Assembly: GCF_009914755.1 (NCBI RefSeq) | Contig: NC_060927.1 | DNA: 64,000 nt | Direction: 5' to 3' (one strand) | From: the human T2T-CHM13v2.0 reference genome, Homo sapiens | Shown: positions 1 to 13,013 of the stretch, one piece after another | How positions within the stretch are numbered: the first letter of the stretch is position 1 | Layout: each line of letters opens with the position of its first letter | The notes under the pieces: generated by a model | Seen by the model: only the letters and a program-made list of their open reading frames with translations | Told to the model about the DNA's origin: nothing | Database searches by the model: none | Made by a program: the position numbers and the translations under genes

Positions 1-1689
1 CAGCCTTGCAGGCGCTGCTCCCAGGTCAACCCACCTGCCTGCTGGGGCCCACACAGCCTTCTCAGGGACATGACTGTTTTATGTAAGCCAGCTTCCTACC
101 CATTCCCTGACCAGATGGCTCAGAGCCAAGAAAAGGCCCAGGGACCCAGCACCTCAGCAGTGCCTGCCACAGAGGTGAAAGCAAGAGACCACCCAGCATC
201 CACACCATTTCGTCCAAGCCCACCACCAGATTTCTCATTGTGCCACCATTTGTGTTTTGGGGACCCATCACCTGATTCTGCAGGGACCTGGGCCTGGAGG
301 TGCCGGTCCATCTTCAGGATCAGTCATTTGTGAAGACAGACTTACCTTCATCCTTGAACATATGTTTCTGCTGCTGGCACCTCTTAACCCAAAACTTTTA
401 TACCAAAAAGTGACAAGGCCTCTACTTCCAGGCTCTGGAGAAGATGCTGACAGCTTAGGCTGTTGGCGCCTCAAGGATCAGCGCAGCTTGAGCCATCCTT
501 GAAGTGGTTTCACAGAGGTTGGGGAAGGGGGAACAGAGAGCCAGAGAGAGAGCCTGCCTCCAGGAGAGAATTACAGCAATCCCTATTCTGTCGTCTCACC
601 CAGCAAGCCTGATTTTCTTCCTCCATGAACAGGGGAACTTTTTGCAGTTAAAGTAAGCTTTTAAGAAAAGAGCTTCGTAGGAAAAAAAAAAAAAAGAGGA
701 GAGCCACTTCCTGAGAAGTATTTGCTTTAGAAAATGAACAATGCAAGGGGCTGGTCCCTGGAGGGAAGGAAGTGATTCCTGGCAGCTGAACGCCTCACCA
801 TCCCCTTCCAGGTACAAAAAGCCAAGGACTGGGAGGCCTCCCCCTCCTATGGCTGTGAATGATCTATTGCTGAAAGCGCAAACAGGAGATGTGGGGAGAG
901 CACATCCTGCTCAGGAGTGGAGGCAGAAGGTGACTTCCACTGCATGCATCCAGCTGAGCGCTGGCTGCCCAAGGACGGAAGGGACAAGCAGCCACCCTCG
1001 CTCCCCTAAAGGAGCTGCTGCCAGCAGGTTCAGGATGAGGGAATGTGCCTAAGAGGACAAGCTTGTAACAGTAAAACTCCCGTGGCTGATGGTGTGCATG
1101 AGGCACTGGTGTCCCGGCGACAATAACTGGTTGTTCCATCACGAATGTAGATGGAGGAACACGCCCTCCAGGAAGGCCTGGTGTAGATTCTGCAGACTTT
1201 TCCCAGTGAATGCGCACACAGGTGTGTCCTGGCACTAAATCCCGAGGAATGCCACCCCAAGAACAGAAAGGTCTCAGTGCATAGATGGTTGCTGAAGCCC
1301 TGGGTGCAAGTTACACCACAGAGAGTGTGCAAAGAGGCAGGAGGGGACCCGGGTGGATACACCATTCACAGGAAAGGTGCAGAAAGAGAAACCCATGAAG
1401 GAGACTTCTAGAGTCCTGGGATTCCCTTAAAACGATCTGTAACTCCCTGTCTTCCCAGGAAGATGGAACCGCCTGTACTGTTCTGTTCCTTCAATCCAGT
1501 TGGCGTATGGTAGCGGGCACAGCACACCCATCCCAACATCCCAGGGCCTCCCTGCTCAGTGTGGTCCTCAAACCAGCAGCGCCAGGGGCTCCAGGGCCAC
1601 CTGGCTTCTGGGTCAGGATCTGTAGCTTCACAGGGCTCCTGGGCATTCATGTGCGTGGTGAAGTCTCAGGGGCTGGCAGTGTGTGTGTC

Positions 1690-1825
1690 CATGAAACACC
1701 AGAAACACCTCCTCCCAGTGCTGCCCTGAGAGATTCTGATTGTATTGGCCAAAGTGGGGCCCTGGCATCAGGGCCTTTTTAAAGTTCCCTAGGGATCCTG
1801 TGTGCAGCTAGAGCAGAAGTGCCTC
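1690..1825. mobile_element. MER5-family (hAT-Charlie) relic
   Basis: gattctgattgtattgg...ggggccctggcatc...tttttaaagttccctagggatcc resembles MER5 consensus. Confidence 0.5.
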
Positions 1826-2442
1826 TGACAGGCACTGGCTAGGATGGAGGTGTACACGTCCCTGCAGGGCAAGCTGCCCTTTCAAAGGAACCACCATAAG
1901 AGATGTTTGCATAGCCCTGATCTTCAGCTCTTTTTCTAAACCTGCATAGTAAGTTCCAAGCCATATTTCTAACAAGACTCAATTGTGTAGAGGCAAATAT
2001 TTTAATGATAACTTCATGGCTTAAAACAAATTAGGTGTTTAGCCTCTTCCCCATAAAAGCCCCAAGAAAGAGGAGAGCTGCCATGCAGGGGCAGGATGTT
2101 TTGAACAACTGCAAAAGAGATCCCCTTTCCCTGCTGCTCTTTTAAGATTTGTTGATTTCATGAGCCTAATCTCTCCTGAAGGAGGAAAGGGTAGGATGGG
2201 AGGAGAAAGAGCTAAGCAGAGGAAGTGGGTTGATTGTGCATGAAGGAAAGCAGAACGGTTGAGCAGGGGCCATTGAGGCGGCATGACGAGGAAGCAGTGG
2301 GGAAGGAAGGAGTCATGGCAGGTCCCACACCCAGATGGATCACATTGTCGAGGTCGACCAGATGACTGCTGCTCCTGCTCTCCCACAACCTCCATCCTGA
2401 GCTGTGAGCACACCAGGGAAGCCTCAGAGGGGAGTTGCTCAC

Positions 2443-2520
2443 CCAAAAAGGACGTGGAATCCAAAACTTTAACATTCTTGATGCCTTTTCCATCAAGTGT
2501 TTCAAAATCCTCGAATAGTC
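2443..2520 (-). CDS. MGLL: Probable alternative cassette exon of MGLL: DYSRILKHLMEKASRMLKFWIPRPFW
   Basis: ctctctcaatgctcctgtag| acceptor, TGG|GTGAGC donor, 78 nt, open in phase 0-0, which matches the upstream exon donor phase. Confidence 0.7.
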
Positions 2521-5500
2521 CTACAGGAGCATTGAGAGAGCCTTGGATCCAGCTCAGGAGAGAGGAGCCCCTGCATGGCTCCCCCATTGAGGTGAGACCC
2601 CCTGCACCTGCCCCATGACCCTGGTGAAACCAGGTTTGTGTAACCACAGAGCTCCCAATTATGCCAGCTCAACCCAGACCCCAGGGGTCGTCGCCTGAGG
2701 ATAATTTGGGGCCAAAACCCATGACAAATGGCTACACAGTCACTAGACCCCAACCCCGGAAGGGACAGGCGATGAAATGGAGAAACCAGATTTGGAGACG
2801 CGAAGCAGGCACATTTGGATTTGAACTTTGATTCTGAATCCTCGAGCAAGTCTATGATCTCAGTTTCTTCACCTGTAAGACAGGGATAATTAAACTAACT
2901 CCGAAGGGATGCTGGGAGAGCTGCATGAGACTCAACCGCTCTGCAGCAGGTCCCTAACTCTCTTCCTGGCTTCTGGCCCTAAGGAGAGGCCCAATAAATA
3001 GGTGTTGGTTGACTGAATGAATGAGCAAATGTCATTCAAAGTAGAGACTTCAGGAAAAGCACGTGACGTGCAGCTTTGCAACAAATGACACAGTCATCCA
3101 CAAATAGGGCAACTGTCCCACAGCTGAAGTCAACATCTTGATGAGCAAGAGGCTTGAGGGGCGTTCCCGATGCACCATCACGCCTGTCACTTTAAATACT
3201 AGAGACAGGCACAAATGCCTTTATTGATCCAGAAGGTTTTAATGGCTCCCTGTGATCATTTCTAAGTGAATTTCACTTCTGCCAGTGAAAGCCTTGCCAT
3301 GAGGAAGACAATTACAGATGCTGTTTCCTAAGTGGCTCCCACAGGCTGACCTGTGCGCAGGAGGCTAGGACTCCCCACCTTCCGTGGGACAGCACTATGA
3401 CAAGGGTCATAGGACGGCCATGTGGGGGACACAGCAGGTACCCTCAGGGTTGCCCCAGATTTTCTTGAGAGTGAGAGGACACCTTAAGGCAGCCATAAAA
3501 CAGAAAGTGCTGTGCCCCTTTCCCAGTGACCCTCGCTGGGAAGGCCAGGACACTTGTTTCCTGATAGATCAGGGGCTCAGCAAAGATGTGTGGCAGGAGG
3601 CTTGCTAGGAAGACAGCTGATTCCTGGAATAACAGGTGTCTAGAAAGCCCAACACCCAGCTATTAGAGAGCAGGTGCCCACAGGACAGAGGTGAACTAAC
3701 CCCCACGGCAGCTCATTGCTGCTGCCCAAAGGGCCAGTGCATGGCTAAGTTCCGGGATCCTGGGTCCAAATTCACCTGAAGCTTGAAAGAGTGGCCATGT
3801 TCCACTTGTTTCCCCTCCCTCCCTGCAATCTCCCACTGCCCCAAGGGCCTTCTGGATTCTATGGCTAAAAACAGATGAGTGACATTCAGATGGGAGTGGG
3901 CTCCATTAAGGGAAGCTGATTTCAGGTGTGTTTTGGGGTGAAAGGGGGTATCCTGGCATGCTAGCTGGTCTGAGCTGGTGCTCAAGCTGACTCGAGCAAG
4001 ACATTTGGCCTCATTTCCTTGTCTGTAAATTGGGAATAATTTCCCCTCCTTCCAGGGCGGTGCTGGAGAGGAATGGAGACAATGCATGTCAGGCACCGAG
4101 TGCTGGGCTCCCAGGGGCAACCCCCTTCTCCCTACTGGGCGAGGTGCCCTTCTTGGCGGAGAGTGGGAGTATCTTGAAGCACTGGCTGACTCCTGCACCC
4201 CTGCCCCAGGAACCCAAGGGACAACCTTGGCAACAGGGAGAGGTCATTTAGAATGATTACTCTCCTGGTAGGCTGAGACCCCCATCCCTCAAGCTTAGCC
4301 CAGAGGGATTTTTCTCTTCTAAGAGGCTCCCAGAGAAAGGAGGGGCCCTGCAGCCTGCAGTTGCTCCTGAGTGCTGTCCCAGACAACTAAGGGTGGGAAA
4401 TCCCGAGGGGCACCTGGAGCTTTACACTCTTCCAGCTGGGGGGCCACAGTTCCACCTCTGTACCCAGGCACGAGCCGCGAGCCATGGTGAAAAACCCCAC
4501 AGAGTGACCTCACAAATAGCCAGATTTGTTCAGATGCATGGAGTTTTTGTTTCTGAATTTCTGCTGCTACCACTTTGCGAAACCACTTTCTCAGCAGAGA
4601 CAATGTTTGGGGCCCCCCCATCCATCCTCATTGTCTCATCTCCAGGCTAAATATATCCCAGCTTGTTGAAAACCAGCATCCACATAAGAACCAGATGGTG
4701 GCGAGATTTAGGAGGGTGGGGGTGATCTGGCGTTCTCACATTGCAGGGGGGGGGGGCTGGCCGTCTTCCACAGGCCAGACTGTACTCACAGACTGGGCAT
4801 CTCACGCTGCCCCTTACTAACTGGGGGAGTTGCTCTAGAAGGTGCCTGGTGCTGGGAAACTGTTGAATGGCTTGATGGATTGAACACTGTCTGAGGAGTC
4901 AGGAGGCTGGGACTTGACTGTGCTCTGCTACCACTCACAGCCACACTCAGGGAAGCCCCTCAGCCCCACCACCAAACAGATTTCCCAAACAGAACGCTGG
5001 AGGGAGGAGGTGGGCTCTAGGAATTGTTCCATCATTGAGGCTCATAAGAGCAAACAACTGGAAATGACCCCAGGGCACCCTCCTGAAACCAGGACCTATC
5101 CCTGCAGTGGGACCCTTGGTAGGTCCTGATGGGGAAGGAGCACCAAAAGGTTGCTAAGCAAAACCACCAAATAAAACCCAAAACCCACAAAAACAAACAC
5201 ACCAACCAAAACAACAAAAGCAAACACAGAGTACCCCCGACATGCATGGAGCAAGCTCCCATTTGTGTGAAAAAGAAGAACAAATGGAGTGAGCGTTGAC
5301 GGGAGTTGCAGAGACTCTCGCTGGTACCATGGGTTGCTGCCCACGCCAACCGGGAGAGAGACTCTCCCTGCATCCTCCTTCATATCTTTTGAATTTTGAA
5401 CCATAGAAATGTCTTATTCTTAAAACTTTTAAATTACATTAAAAAATAGATCCTGTGAGACTTTCAGGAAGGTTGTCAGACCAGACTAGAAAATGTGCCA

Positions 5501-7642
5501 AGAGTGATGAAGCCTTCCAGGGGCAGGGTGGACGAATGCATCATGGACTTTGTCAGCCAAAATTGCCAGAGATGCAGGAGCAGCAACAGATCTCAGGGAG
5601 GGGAAGCTGGGCCCTCAAGTCTGGGGCAAAGGGAAACCTCATTTGTCTTGGTTAATAAGAGGAGACCTGTGTTCCCCCAGGGGCAGCTGGCTCCGAATGT
5701 CACAAGGTGATCTATTAGCACAAGTCTTTGAAAGGTCACAGTGGTGGCCTTGCCCAGAAGTGCCCCCTCCCCTGGTCGGTATAGAGCCCAGGGGGCTCTG
5801 GGAGGAAACCCTTGTTGGTCCCACCTCCAGGCCCAGCTGCCAGGTCCCCCTGGTGCACTTTATCTGAAAAGTCCTGTGGGCCCTGGCTTTTCTGTAAGGG
5901 AAAACATCCATTGCAGAAACATCCATTTTCTTCCCTGGGGAAATATCCTAGATGGGGAGTGGGCAGCCCTGGATTCAAACCCATCACAAGGGCTGCACAA
6001 TCCTGGCCAGCCATTCATCTTTCCTAAGCCCAGGTTTTCCCATCTGGAAAGTGCTGCTACAACCTGCTCCTGGGCTGGAGAGGAGTTAAATGAGACAATG
6101 CCTGGGAGAGCACAGTGCATGCCTGGCATTGGCTGAATTTTGCAGACCTGCATATAGCAAATCCCATGGAACGCAGCGGGAACGCCCCTGCTGCTGAGTC
6201 TGGGCCTGCTTATTCTACTTAGATAATTAGAACCATAGTCACGGGAGATGTTGAGTAGGTCATGTCTCCCCCCAGTCGCACGTTTCAATGATGAAGAGGT
6301 AGTGCACATCCGGGCATTGTGATGCTAAGGGACCTCGATCACTCTGTGACAGAACCCTGGTACTGTCCCACACAGCACTGAACTTCATTCATGATAGTCA
6401 ATTTCAGTAAGTCCGTGATTTCCTTAAACTGGAGTAAAATTCAAAGGAGATATCATCCATCTCTCTCGCAAACTAAGTAAATCATCGTTCTCTGGCTAAA
6501 CTATCAGATAGTCCCTGATTTCTCTTTTGCCAAGCCGAGCCCCATTTCAGATGGCTGAAATTTTCTGTTTTTAATTGAAAGCCTGTCTCTAGAGCCAGGA
6601 GCAAGTCTGTGGTCATGGGCTGAAGGAAACCCTTTGAGGATGTTGTTATAAGGTTTCATTCCCTGTACTGTGTTGAAGAGAGTGCGGTGGGGGAATAAGA
6701 GCTAATGTCATTATTTAAATGATCCCACAGTTCATAGGGTAAGCCTGTGGGTGACGGCTGCCCAGTGCACCTGGCCCCATGACCTACTATCTCACCTCTT
6801 TCTCCTTTGAGAGTCTCCAGAACTGACTCAGGAGGCAGCAGCCCCTGCCCAGCACTGGGGTGAGACTGAGGATTCCTTGTGGATACGTGGGGTTGGGATT
6901 CTCCACCCTCACTGCGGCTATGTATCTACCTTAAGCCTGATGCCCCCAAGGCCGGGTCTAAACTGATACCTTGTCAACAAGCCAGAGTCACAAGCAAGCC
7001 GCCCTACCGAGGCCACTGGTTTCATCTCCTTTCTCGGGGAGAGAAGGTGCCTGCTCCACCTCTAGGTATCATTTGTTGGTTCATTTGCCTTGGCAAAAGC
7101 AGCCCAGAGTCCCAGTACCTACAGGGTATATCATTCCTATGGGTCATTCCAACCAGAAAAACAAAATCACGGATCCCTAACAGTCAGAGGTCAAAAGTGC
7201 CCGGGGCGGAGGAGCGCGGCAGTGGATGCGACTCCATACTGCATGCAGTTAGGAGTGCCTGCAGTTCCACTCACTGTTCACTTTCTGCTGAAGTTGGCAA
7301 ATAATCAGTGAAAAACAGCCCAGGCCTTGAGTGTGACTTGTTAACAAACGTGACTTTGCTGGACAAATAACAAGTCTAACCTCGTCTCCTTTTAAAATTC
7401 ATCAATAAAACATGCACAAACAGGAAGGCATTGTCTTTTTGTCTTGGGGGAAAATGGCACCTGCCTTTAGAAATTACAGAACCCCGGTGGCAACAGTGTT
7501 GGATATTTGTCCAACCCCTCACGCAATAGTGTCTGAGGTCCAAGGATGGCCTTTGGTCTTTTTACATAGACTCAGGCTACAAATGGAAGACCCATGTCCC
7601 GGGGAACCTGTAGGAATTGTACAGACTGGAAGGTCCTTTTAC

Positions 7643-7753
7643 CTTGAAAGTTGTTGCAGATTCAGGATTGGCAAGAACCAGAGGCGAAATGAGTACCATG
7701 CCGGCGAAGTGGCCCGGCCTCTCTGCGGCCGTGAGGATGGCGATGGCGCCTCC
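7643..7753 (-). CDS. MGLL: MGLL internal coding exon (canonical exon 5): [37 protein letters not shown]
   Basis: Acceptor ...ctgcattacag| (AG at 7755-7754), donor AAG|GTAAAA (7642-7637), 111 nt, phase 0-0. Completes GHSM|G motif; matches MGLL. Confidence 0.98.
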
Positions 7754-8097
7754 CTGTAATGCAGAATGGGCAGAGCTGCTGTGTTCGGCTTGCACCAGTG
7801 CACACATTTCTAATAAACATGACCAATGCAGTCCTCTTAAGCTGCAGTCCTGGCCAAGAGCCCTGAGGAGGACTACCTTGGAAGAGGCACCATCAAATGT
7901 TGGCTAAACTAGATCTGCAATTATTTTATTATACATGTTTTTTTCTCTGGGTTTTCCAAGAGCAAACATTTCAGAGAGATATAAATAAGGTTCCTGCTTG
8001 TGGGCCGCAAGTTAAACAATAACACATTCCCACTTCATTTCAAGCCCAAAGCTGGCAAAACCCCAATTCATCCATCCCGACAGGCTTAATAGGAGGG

Positions 8098-8120
8098 TTT
8101 TTTTTTTTTTTTTTTTTTTT
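8098..8120 (+). repeat. Poly(T) tract (~23 nt) in the 1.27 kb intron
   Basis: Direct reading. Confidence 0.95.
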
Positions 8121-9019
8121 GGTGGGGGGTAATCTGATCATAATAATAGATTGCTATACTATACTTTTTCCTGGTTTAGTAAAGGTCCTAGAAATTTAAA
8201 TTCCAAGAAAAATGGGAGTGAACGTGGATGGTGCTGAAGGAGAGAGGCCTCACCTGTTTGCTGAAGCACAAAGGTGCTTAAAAGCAAGGGTTGCAACCGC
8301 AAATGCTCACGGGGCTGGGCAGGTAAGAGAAATGTAAGGACAGAGCCAGGCAGTGACCATGGGGCAGGAGGCAAGGCCTGCCCTGGTCAGATGTCCCCAG
8401 GCCTTCAAATTCAAGCAGTTCAATATATCTTGGTCAGCCAACCAGCCTGCTTTGTCTGTAGGTAGATTTGGCCTGTGGGCTGCCAGTTTAAGGACCCCGA
8501 TTTAAGATTACATTTGCTCGATTACATTTTAAGATTATATTTGCTCAATTTACATATTTAAAAGGTGGAAGGAGTTGGAATAAGCTTTAAGGAATTGTTT
8601 CCATGTGGACCCTCTGTCCCTAGTTAACATTTGTCATCTGAGTTCAATTCTGAAACAAGCACACAGGGTTTGGGGACATTTCATGTGCTTCTTATTGATG
8701 AAGGAGCTATTCCCCCCTCCAAGAAGTGGCTCTTAGCAGCCTCACTATGAAATGGCACCAAGTGGGCCAAAGAACGTTGAGAAAAAGATCAGTTTTCCAA
8801 GAGGCCCCGTATTCAAGCTGCTCACTAAGGACCGGCTGGCAGCCTCCCTTGTTTCCTAAGCACGGAATTGCCCAGGAACTCCAAGTGCAGTGCACAAAGG
8901 GAGACATCATGCCAGCCAGGCAGAGAGCAGTGGGGGGCAGGAAGTCAGGGCCACCCCCTTCCCCCTGCAAGGCTGGAAGCCAGGGAGGATTTAACCTGGG
9001 TCTTCTGTGGTCTGCTTAC

Positions 9020-9156
9020 CATGGAGTGGCCCAGAAGGAAGACAGGAAGCCCAGGGTAGTCTTTCTGCATGGAATCCACATGCTGCAACACATCCCTGAC
9101 GAAAACGTGGAAGTCAGACACTACCATCCTCTCCCCTTCGCTCTGTCCGTGGCCAA
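9020..9156 (-). CDS. MGLL: MGLL internal coding exon (canonical exon 4): (V)[45 protein letters not shown], contains catalytic Ser codon (9023-9025)
   Basis: Acceptor ...ttcctttccag| (AG at 9158-9157), donor |GTAAGC (9019-9014), 137 nt, phase 1 to phase 0. Translation matches recalled human MGLL; GHG and GHSM alpha/beta-hydrolase motifs. Confidence 0.98.
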
Positions 9157-10239
9157 CTGGAAAGGAACGGGAGATGAGAGAGAGCTGCAGTTACCAGGTC
9201 GACTCCTACACAAGCCCAGAGTTCTCCTCACTGCAATCGCTCTCTCTCCTGAGCGCCTGAATGTGTCACCTCATTTAACCCTTTCCAGCCACTCTTGAAC
9301 GTTGGAATTCTTCTCCCCACTTTTTATGGATTAGGAAACTGAGGCACAGAGTGGTTGAGGAATGTGCCCAAGATCACACCACTAGGAAGCAACGAGCCAG
9401 GGTGTACCTACTACAAAGGCTCCCTTGGGGGTGGTTTCCAAGGAAGGGAAAAAGCACAGGTACACAGAGAGCCTCAGCATGCCCAGTGTTCTGCAAAGCA
9501 GCCGGGAGTAAGACGAAGAAGGCTCAGAATTTTCCTGCATTTTCCCTGTTCCTTGCCCCCGGCAGCTGTGCCTGAATATTGGCCTTTCACTAGGTAGAGT
9601 GGTACACTCAGCCCCTCATCTTACAGTTTTAGGTGAAGATAATATGACAAACATAAAATAATATGTAGTCATCGGGTGTGCTTGCCAGAAAGCGTCTCGA
9701 CGAAGCTGCAGTGAAACTAGGTCACATTCTCTCCCTCTTGAGTTTAATCTGTCACATATCTGTGCTGTTCACCCCCTTGTTCTTTCCTTAGGGCCCTCCA
9801 CTTTCTCCCTCTTTGAAGGACATCAGTCGCTATAGAAACAACTCACTGGCTGTGGCTTCACATTCGGGCTGAAAGCAGCTGTGATGGTTTGAAAATGGCA
9901 AAAAAGAAAGCGCTTCTGGAGAACTGGGACCACACAGCCAGAGGGGCTGCCCAGACCTTCCCTGCTGAGAGCCTGAAGCACTCATTAAGCCTCTGCCACC
10001 TCTGGGGAGGCTGCTGCAGTAATAACGGTCACCACCTGGAACTGACAGGCTGCCCAGACCTCCAGCTTGGAGACCCTCCTGCTGTCAGGCCCCAAGCTCC
10101 CGTGTTTCCCACTGGCCCTTCCCCCACACCCACCTTCCCAGTCGCCCCCCCACGGTCTGTCTGACCATCCCAGTGGGCCCGGGAGTCCCACTACCCTCTC
10201 AGCAGCACTCCCCCTTTCCTTGCCCTTCTGAGCTTTTTT

Positions 10240-11230
10240 CTCTTTTAAAATTTATTTTTACTTTTTACTGTGCTATCATATCCGTAACATAAATCGTACT
10301 GTTTGAACCATTTTTAAATGTAAGGTTCAGTGGCATCAACATTATTGTGCAACCCTGTACTTTTTCACCTTCCCACGCTGAGACTACATACCAATTGATA
10401 TGGGTTGACTTGTGTCCCCCAAATCCATATGTTGAAGCTCTAACCCCCAGGATCTCGGAATGGGACCTTATTTGAAGACAGGGTCTTAAAAAACATGACT
10501 AAGTTAAATGAGGTCCTTAGGGTGGGCCCTAATCCAAATGACTGGTGTCCTGTAAGGAGAGGGGATTAGAACCCAGACATAGAGGGAAGATTATGTGAGG
10601 ATGCAGGGAGATGGCAGCCATTTACAAGGCAAGGAGAGCCTGCAGGAGAAACCAACCCTGCTGATGCCCTGATCTTGGACTTCCAGCCTCTGGAACTGTG
10701 AGACAATAAATGTCTGTTGTCGAGGCCCCAGTCTGTGGTCCTTTGTTATGGAAGCCCTGGCAAACTCATACTAGCTATTAAACCCCAACTCCCCTTTCCT
10801 TCTTACTCTCTCTTCCCCCACACCCCTGGCACCCTCTACTCCACTTTCTGCTTCTATAAATTTGACTACTCTAGGGACTTCATTTGAGTGGAATCAGGCC
10901 ATATTTGTCTTTTTGTGTCTGGCTTATTTAATGTAGCACAGTGTCTTCAAGGTGCATCCATGTAGTCGTGTGTGTCAGAATTTCCTTCCTTTTTAAGGCT
11001 GCAGCATATTCCATTCTGTGGATGGACCATGTTGTGTTTATCCATTTGTCTGTCGAGGGACATTTGGACGGTTCCCACCTTTTGGCTATTGTGAATGATG
11101 CTGCTGTGAATATGGGTGTGCAAATATCTCTTCACATCCCAGCTTTCAATTCTTTGGGGTATATACCCAGAAGTGGGGTTGCTGGGTCAGATGGTGATTC
11201 TGTGTTGAATTTTTGAGGCATGACCCCGCA
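10240..11230 (-). mobile_element. Old L1 (L1MB-like) 3' region interrupted by an MLT1 LTR
   Basis: Typical L1 3'UTR/ORF2-end antisense text (tttgactactctagggacttcat...tccatttgtctgtcgagggacatttgg...atatacccagaagtggg) on both sides of the LTR. Confidence 0.75.
10396..10772 (+). mobile_element. MaLR solo LTR (MLT1B-like)
   Basis: tgatatggg...tgtgtcccccaaatccatatgttgaagctctaaccccc start; ttggacttccagcctctggaactgtgagacaataaa...tttgttatggaagccctggcaaactcatac end. Confidence 0.8.
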
Positions 11231-12373
11231 TTTCCATGTGGAACATCTCTCTGGATGCAGCCGCTGCTCCTCCACACTCTAAAGCCTGAGGGCTGGCTGC
11301 ACACAAACGCTGAGCCAAGGCAACACCAGGGCTGCCCAGTGTCAGGCTCCCTCTTCCCACAGGCTTGGTCTCCAAACAAGCTCATCTGGGCATCTCTTCC
11401 GTATGTTTCTATTCTCCCAAAACTTGCAATCCTACCTCACAACCCTGGGGACGTAGTATCACTCATTTTTTTGAAAACATGGGGACAGTCTAAAATGGCC
11501 CTCTACGTTGGAAGCATCCCCCTTTCTGATTCCGACCACTCCTGGCCCAGCCTGCTCCCTGTGCCAGCTGCATCCCCATCCTCCCTCCTTCATCCACAGC
11601 CCCCAAGCTGCCCTCTTCCCCTCCCTCCTTAAGGGGTGGTCCACACTCATGGCCCTTTTCCCACCTACATTCTCTCTCCAGCCCTGGAGGCTCCGTGCGA
11701 CCCTCAGCTGAGTCCACCCCAGTAAGCCTTTACCCCATCCTCTTCCGAGATCTTGGCTCACTCAGCACCACATGCTCCTGCTGACTTTGTCATGGGGTGC
11801 ACTGGAAATGGACTTCCTTGGCTCTCCTCCTTCTCATCTGGCTGTGTTTTCTTTTTCTCTTTTCCTTCCTGGCTGATTTCTGTATTTATTCCTTCATTCA
11901 ATCATTTTTAATTAAAAAATTGCATTTTAAAAGACATTTGATTCACATGGTACAAAATCAAAGTGGCATGAAAGATGTACACTGACGGTCCCTTTCCCAC
12001 TTCCTCCCATCCACCCGATTCCCTATCTTCCCCTAAACTCTTCTCTTAGTGTCTCAGCCTCTTTACAAGCAAATACAAATATAAATCCTAATTTTTACCC
12101 CGGTCCTAAACACAAAGAAACACACAACAGATCCTGCTCTGTGTAGGGCTTCGTTCACTTGACACCATATCCTGAAGATCTTCCAACGTTTGAAATAGGG
12201 CTCCTCCCCAGCTTCTTACTACAAAACTTTCAAATGCACAAAAACACTGAAAAAAACATTCCAATAAAAACCCATATGCCTACTATCTTTATTCAACAGT
12301 TGTTATTTTATTTGCTGTATACATACACATTTATGAATATAAAAATGGCTGAATCTTTTAAAAGTAAATTGCA

Positions 12374-12662
12374 GGCTGGGCAAGGTGGCTCACATCTGTA
12401 ATCCCAGTGCTTTGGGAGGCCAGGGTGGAAAGATCGCTTGAGGCCAAGAGTTCACAATTGGCCTGGGCAATATAACAAGACAGACCCTGTTGCTAAAAAA
12501 GAATTTAAAACAGAAACTGGACATTGGTGGCGTGGTGGTGCACACCTGTAATCCTAGCTACTTGGGATCACTGGAGCCCATGAGGTTGGGGCCGCAGTGA
12601 GCTGTGCTCGCACCACTGCTCTCCAGCCTGGACAAAAGTGAGACCCTATCTCAAAAAAAAAA
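12374..12662 (+). mobile_element. Alu (old, AluJ-like)
   Basis: Dimeric Alu. TSD AAAAGTAA(A/G)TTGCA at 12360-12373 and 12960-12973 encloses the Alu plus the following purine tract. Confidence 0.9.
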
Positions 12663-12711
12663 AGAAAGGGAAAGAAAGAGAAGAAACAGAAGAAAGAGAA
12701 AGAAAGCAGGA

Positions 12712-12779
<68 letters not shown>

Positions 12780-12963
12780 AAAGAAAGAAAGAAAGACAGA
12801 CAGAAGGAAGGAAAGAGAAAGAAAGAGGAAGGAAGGAAGGGAGGGAAAGAGAGAGAGAAGGAGGGAGGGAGAGAGGAAGGAAGGAAGGGAGGGAGGGAGA
12901 GAAAGAAAGAGAAAGAAAGAAAGAGGAAAGAAAGAAAGAAGGAAAAGAATGAAAGAAAGAAAA
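12652..12963 (+). repeat. Compound polypurine microsatellite (GAAA)n/(GGAA)n/(GGGA)n, expanded Alu tail
   Basis: Direct reading; about 310 nt almost free of pyrimidines, inside the Alu TSD. Confidence 0.95.
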
Positions 12964-13013
12964 GTAAGTTGCAGATTATAACAACAGACAAATCTGGGTA
13001 AAGGATCTAAAGG

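Noticed and set aside
2039-2647. 202-aa minus-strand ORF spanning the cassette exon
   Set aside because: Different frame from the splice-compatible one; no recognisable protein.
8726-9298. 190-aa + strand ORF
   Set aside because: Antisense shadow over the MGLL exon; non-ATG start and no recognisable domain.
12554-12991. K/E/R-rich and F/L/S-rich ORFs of 104-145 aa
   Set aside because: Translations of the (GAAA)n Alu-tail microsatellite.
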